Positions 19,052 to 23,995 of a DNA stretch of 23,995 bases are shown here, piece by piece (position 1 is the first letter of the stretch; every line of letters starts with the position of its first letter). The stretch is from positions 1 through 23,995 of the forward strand of contig VJWM01000390.1 of the NCBI GenBank assembly GCA_010909165.1. Reading direction: 5' to 3'. The notes beneath the pieces were generated by a model that had not been told where the DNA came from, did not search any database, and saw only the letters and a program-made list of their open reading frames with translations. The stretch comes from Anthoceros angustus (Eukaryota; Plantae; Anthocerotophyta). The translations under genes were made by a program, and so were the position numbers.

Positions 19052-22000
19052 TCATTTATCTTGTGCTATGGGTAAATAAACTTTAAATGTTGCTCCTTCA
19101 CCGGTTTTCCTTCAGCCTCAATTTTCCCGCCATGACGTTCAGCAATTTTTTGTAAAGAGAAAGGCCGAGGCCCGATCCTCATATTCATCTTTTGAATGCA
19201 GGCGCATAAAGGTTTGAAAAATAAAGTCTGCCTTGTTTTTATCAAAACCAATTCCATTGTCCTGAACCGTTATCAAAGCAAATTGCTTGCCGGTGTTACC
19301 ATCATTTTCCAAGACAACCTCACCAGTTATAATAATGACCGGCGGTACATTTTCTTAGAAAACTTTAATGCATTATTGATGAGGTTGTAAAATAGCTGGT
19401 GAAGCAATCGAGGCACCTTCCACGGTCGGCAAATTGTTGTACTTGATTACTGCCTTTTTTGAGCAATGGTAATTTCAAGGTCTGTCTCCACATGCTGAAG
19501 CACGCCTGAGAGGTGAACGGCTTCAGTTAGCAACGATTTCTTAGCATCGAGAGCTGAATACTCAAAACCCCATCAATCATATCGTAACTGCGGGTGGGTG
19601 GCAGCCCTGTCAATCTTCGATACATATAGTTTTGCCTTTTCTGGCAGGGCCGCTGAAAACTCATGCTCCGTGCGGCTGACGAATGTTTTATCTTACGTAC
19701 AGGCTCTTTCAAATCGTGTGAAGCCACATGAGCAAAATGTTGCAAATCTTCGTTGCTACGCTGCAACTCTTTGGTGCGTTCAGCAACCAACTCTTCTAAT
19801 CGTTCTGCTACGTTCTTTTGGTCATGTATGCGTCAAGTGCCAAACCACCGTATAATCTCATTGGCCTCATTGCGAAAAGGTGTGGCTCTTGCCAACAGCC
19901 AACGCAGTATTGCCCATCACTCCGGCGCATACGGTATTCTATCTCATAATAGTCCCGGTGTCGTGGGAATGTTCAAACTTTCCATGTACGGTCATAATCA
20001 TCCGGTGCAGTAATTTAGACCATCCTCGGCCTTCGTTTCTTCATACGTCATGCCGGTGAATTCAAACCAACGCTGGTTGTAAAATCATGGTAGCCATCCG
20101 GCTTTGCCCACACCATTTGCGGCATAAAGTCGGCGAGTTGCCGAAGTTGTTCTTCGCTCTGCCTTAATGCCTGTTCTGCCTCCCGTTCTTTTGTTGTATC
20201 CGACATAACGCCGATAAAACGGTGTTTCTCACCACGATTGTTAGGTGCACCGGCCAATAGAACGAACCCAGCGAACAAGGCCGCCATCTATTATGCGAAA
20301 CTCGGCGTGATAGCTTGTGAGCTATCACTGTCAAACAGTAGTTTTGCAGTTCATTTCTCCACCGTGCTCTGTCATCGGGATGGATAGAAGATAAAAATCG
20401 TTCAAACGTAAAATCTTCATCAGGGCTCGTTTTCAAATCTGGAGCGGTTAGATATGACAGTCTTGTCTGTTTGGATATTGTAATCCCATAACCCAAAGCT
20501 TGCTGCATCAATGGCTGTGCTGAGCTGCTACTTTCCTGCAGGGCATTTTCCGCTTTTACGCTGGCTAATGTCCTGCAGAGCCCAACATGCGAGTGGATTT
20601 GCTCGGCATTGTGCAGAACAAAGCCACGATCAAATATCTGTTTATACGACCCGTTGCGGCATCGAAACTGGTATTCTTCTGTCCGTATCTCCGCCTCGTC
20701 AATAACTTTATGAATGCCGTACCACCCGCTCCCGGTCGTCAGGTGAATACGGTCGTACCACCAACTTGCAGTTTCATCAACTTCATCGTATGCGTAATCG
20801 AACATTTGATAAAGCGCCTCATTCCAAACGATGGTATCTTTTTCCAGTGTCCCAATCCCAAATAGCATCCTGAGTTGCCTTGTTAATTAACTGAAATCGT
20901 TCAATGCTTTCACGCAGTATCTCTTGCCTCTTTTTCTTCGGTTGTTTCTCTTACTTCAATGATGGTTCCTACACCTTTCCTGTCCACTATAATAGGCTTG
21001 CTGTAAAGCCACCGGAAAGAAACTGCCATCTTTACGGACAAATACTTCTTCACTGGTTTGTTTATGGGCAGCAAAGCCCTCTATTGGGCATTCTTCAAGC
21101 GGAAAATGAGTGCCGTCGGATGGGTATGGTGGACGTAATAGTGAAGGGCTTGCCGGTGACTTCCTCTAATTTGAAACCCGTCATTTGTTCTGCCGCCTCG
21201 TTCATGTGTAAACACAATATTGCCGGTCGTCCATCATAAACAAGGCTGACGTCGTATTTTCCGTTACTGTCTCTAAAAGTTGTTTTGGTAGGCGAGTGCC
21301 CTTTCCACTTTAGCGAAGTATCGGTGCAACTGGTAAAAACTTTATTATGGATCCATCCTCATTTACAAGCGGTTCCGAACGGTAAGCAGCCAAAAGGAAT
21401 GGCCGTCTTTTTCGACGTAAAATGCATTACCACTTCGGAAGGTTTGCCGGTGGTGGTGATGGACGAGCAGGTATTTTCAGGAGGTAGCGGGTTGCCATTT
21501 TCATCCGTTATAAGAAAAGTCTCGTCCAGCTTTTTCCGGAAGGTATAAATGTCTTTCTCAGCCAGTACCGCTTCAACGGAATCTAAACCCATTTGCAGTG
21601 CAGCTAATTGGTTCAAGCTAATGATGTTGCCCTTGTTGTCTAACTGGTAGATGGCGGATGGCACATGCTGCAATGTGATTTCCAACCCGGTTTGCAGCTC
21701 GTCCAATTTTTGGTTTACTTTAATGCTATTGGTAATGTCTCTTGATACGGAGATGAGGCGCATATTTTCCGACCCACCCCGTCTCTGGCGTAACCACGAC
21801 ATCCCACCATTTGGGTGTTCCTTTGGCAGTTGGGCAAAAGGCCTGAAAACGGGCCGTTTCACCAGCAGAGGCTGTTTGCACCGATTGTCGTACTATTTCC
21901 TGATATTCCTCGGGCCAGAGTTCCCACCAAAATTTCAGCTTTACAGTTTCTGAGATTTTCGATTTCCAATGTACACCGCCCATTTTCGTTCATGTACAAC

Positions 22001-22510
22001 AGTTTGCCGTCTCTTCCCAAAATCTTCACGCAATCGGGGCTGCTTTCGAGCGTAGAATGATTAAATGCTTCACTTTTGCAAGAGCCTCTGGCAACAATTT
22101 CTGAAGTAATTTCCTTTCCGGAAATTAGTACCTGCTGAACAGCCTGCTTCACGTTTTATCGGGATAAAGCTAAAATTGTAAATCGAAGAGTCATCTTGAC
22201 CATTGGGTGACCTCAATGAAATCTCAGTAAGCGTTTGCTCATTTCCGGTTAGAGAGCATAAACGAATACGATTTAAAATATCCTGTTGTACAGATGAGGA
22301 AAAAATCGGAAAAAATTAAACGAAACCTTTGGGTGTGCTCAACACCAAGTAATGAAAGCGTTTTGTGTTTGCAAACAACACATTCAGGCTTTCGCATTCA
22401 ATAATAACTATCGGGTACGGTAATAAATCAAAAATAGCAGCGTCCGTAGTATAAGAGTGGCTCAACGCACTCTCTGAAACGCCGTTGTTTCGGTCGGTAG
22501 TTATTTTCAT
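19052..22510 (-). CDS. Multi-PAS/PAC sensor histidine kinase (HisKA + HATPase_c)
   Basis: Several PAS repeats (LESSPDCVKILGRDGKLLYMN, WYDRIHPDD, SSIHPDD, LADFMPQMVW); H-box [39 protein letters not shown]. Confidence 0.88.
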
Positions 22511-22678
22511 GTTTTGTATTCAACAAACGGAATAAGCAAAAATAATAAAAGGAAAAACTGACCTGTAACCCCCTCCCCACCTATGACACATGAAATTTCG
22601 AAAGGTTCAGAAATAATGTATCAAGATCTCTCACAGCATAGTCTATATCAAAAACTTGTTGCACTTGCTAAAATCAGG

Positions 22679-23285
22679 CTAGCCTGCCGGCAAAACACGG
22701 TAAATCTTGCACCTTTTCCTTCCTGTGCTTCGGCATAAATATGACCATAGTGCCGCTCCACAATTCTTTTACACAAAGATAACCTGAGGCCGGTTCCTCA
22801 AATTTATCTTTTGCATGTAAGCGGGTGAATGTTTGGAAGATGGTTTCTGCATACGCGTCAAACCCAATTCCATTGTCCTCCACGATGATCTTTACAAATT
22901 TTATATCTTGCAACTTCAAATCCCTTGTTTTCCAATTGAAACTGACTCTGTTTGCAGGCTGACTAACAAAGGTGTTTCCGGCTTTGAAAATTTCAGTGAG
23001 TTGCTAAGTAAGTTATAAAAAGCTGATGGATCAATACGAAAGAACCATAAACGGGCAACAAATTGTGATACTCTATAATGGCTTTTTGGCCGATAGCCAT
23101 TTCTAAATCTTCTTCAATTGTTTGAAGTAGTTTATTCAGGTCAATACGTTCTTTGGCTATTTCGTCACCATCGATCAGAGAGTATTTCAGTGCATCCCGT
23201 CAATCATTGTGCAGGAACTGGAAACATCAATTTTTGAAATGTAATTAATGGCTTTATCAGGCAAACTTTCTGCAAACCTGCCTTT
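22679..23285 (-). pseudogene. C-terminal half of a second histidine kinase (HATPase_c, no H-box)
   Basis: FAESLPDKAINYISKIDVSS...MIDG..KYS...IHQLFYNLLSNSLKFS...VEDNGIGFD...[33 protein letters not shown]...GKGARFTVFLP. Confidence 0.75.
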
Positions 23286-23837
23286 TCAGCTACCTGAATT
23301 TGTTTATAAAATGTTCCGACCCTACCAACGTGTAATATAAAAAACGAGATGATTGATTTCAATTTGCTCTGTTTTTTAAAATAACTTTCTACATACTGAA
23401 CATTCATATAATCTAAAAAAACACCATTCGGTTTTAGGCATTGAGCAATGGTACGGATAGCATTATTATGTTCTCTCAACGTTCTAAAAACCAAAACTGG
23501 TAAAAATTAAATGCAAAATCAAAATAATTTACATAAAAGGGCAGTCGCATATCATGCACAAAAAAAATGTAACCTGTCATTTTCAAATTGCTTAGCTTCT
23601 ACTATATTTTCTGGTGCCAAATCAATGCCGGTTACATCAAATCCTTTTTCGGCAAATATTTTACTATGACGCCCTTTTCCGCAGGCAACATCTAAAATAG
23701 TAGATGAAATAGCCGGTTTTAAAATACTGCAGCAAATGAATAATCCATTCATTGGCCTCATCTTCATTTCTGTTTTGATATAATAAATGATAATATGGTG
23801 AATTAAACCAGTCTTTATACCAATTTCTTAAAGGCAT
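23204..23837 (-). CDS. Class I SAM-dependent methyltransferase, apparently C-terminally truncated
   Basis: WYKDWFNSPYYHLLY...ILDVACGKGRHS...VTGIDLA...HDMRLPFYVNYFDFAFNFFTSFG...LKPNGVFLLDYMN. Confidence 0.85.
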
Positions 23838-23862
23838 CCACTAATTGCTATTAGTGAAGTTG

Positions 23863-23870
23863 CAAAATTA
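23863..23870 (-). promoter_or_regulatory. Bacteroidota -7 promoter box TAATTTTG
   Basis: Exact TAnnTTTG match 25 bp upstream of the methyltransferase ATG. No well-spaced -33 box found. Confidence 0.5.
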
Positions 23871-23995
23871 CAAATAGAAAGTTGGTAATGATGTAAAACA
23901 AATGTTTTGTAAACAATAAGGCCACTATAATTAAATTAATGAAAAAATATGAATCAATTACTTAAATTTGCATTCCCCTGCAGAGAAAAATAAGC

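Noticed and set aside
1932-23837. Calling most genes pseudogenes
   Set aside because: The indel pattern is uniform and homopolymer-linked. Only genes physically missing large parts are labelled pseudogenes.

Overview
Bacteroidota (Chitinophagaceae-like) DNA. Single-base indels break almost every gene, most likely from uncorrected long-read error, so genes were rebuilt by eye across frames and most coordinates are approximate. Left to right: (i) small accessory genes (unknowns, XRE HTH, DUF3892); (ii) four copies of an unannotated ~235-243 bp module (M0 ~3110-3387, M1 ~3377-3650, M2 ~14310-14580, M3 ~14950-15219) alternating with cargo; (iii) between M1 and M2, a 10.6 kb five-gene Sec-exported RHS locus (putative outer-membrane protein, TcB/SpvB-like YD protein with DUF5977, small secreted protein, DUF6443-RHS toxin with a Het-C/PLC/P1-nuclease-like tip, membrane immunity protein); (iv) an IS3 element abutting a 5'-deleted DUF892 gene; (v) DUF3891, two response regulators, a multi-PAS histidine kinase and an apparent methyltransferase/HATPase deletion fusion. 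The main finding is the module. Its right end mimics a tRNA-Ala 3' end with the T-loop motif shifted by exactly 5 bp (motif-16-TC-11-motif). Its left end is the mirror image with a tRNA-Pro-like register. Both ends open inward into cryptic peptide frames with coding-type conservation. This fits an att-site cassette array of a large serine recombinase, but no recombinase is in the window, so the mechanism is inference.
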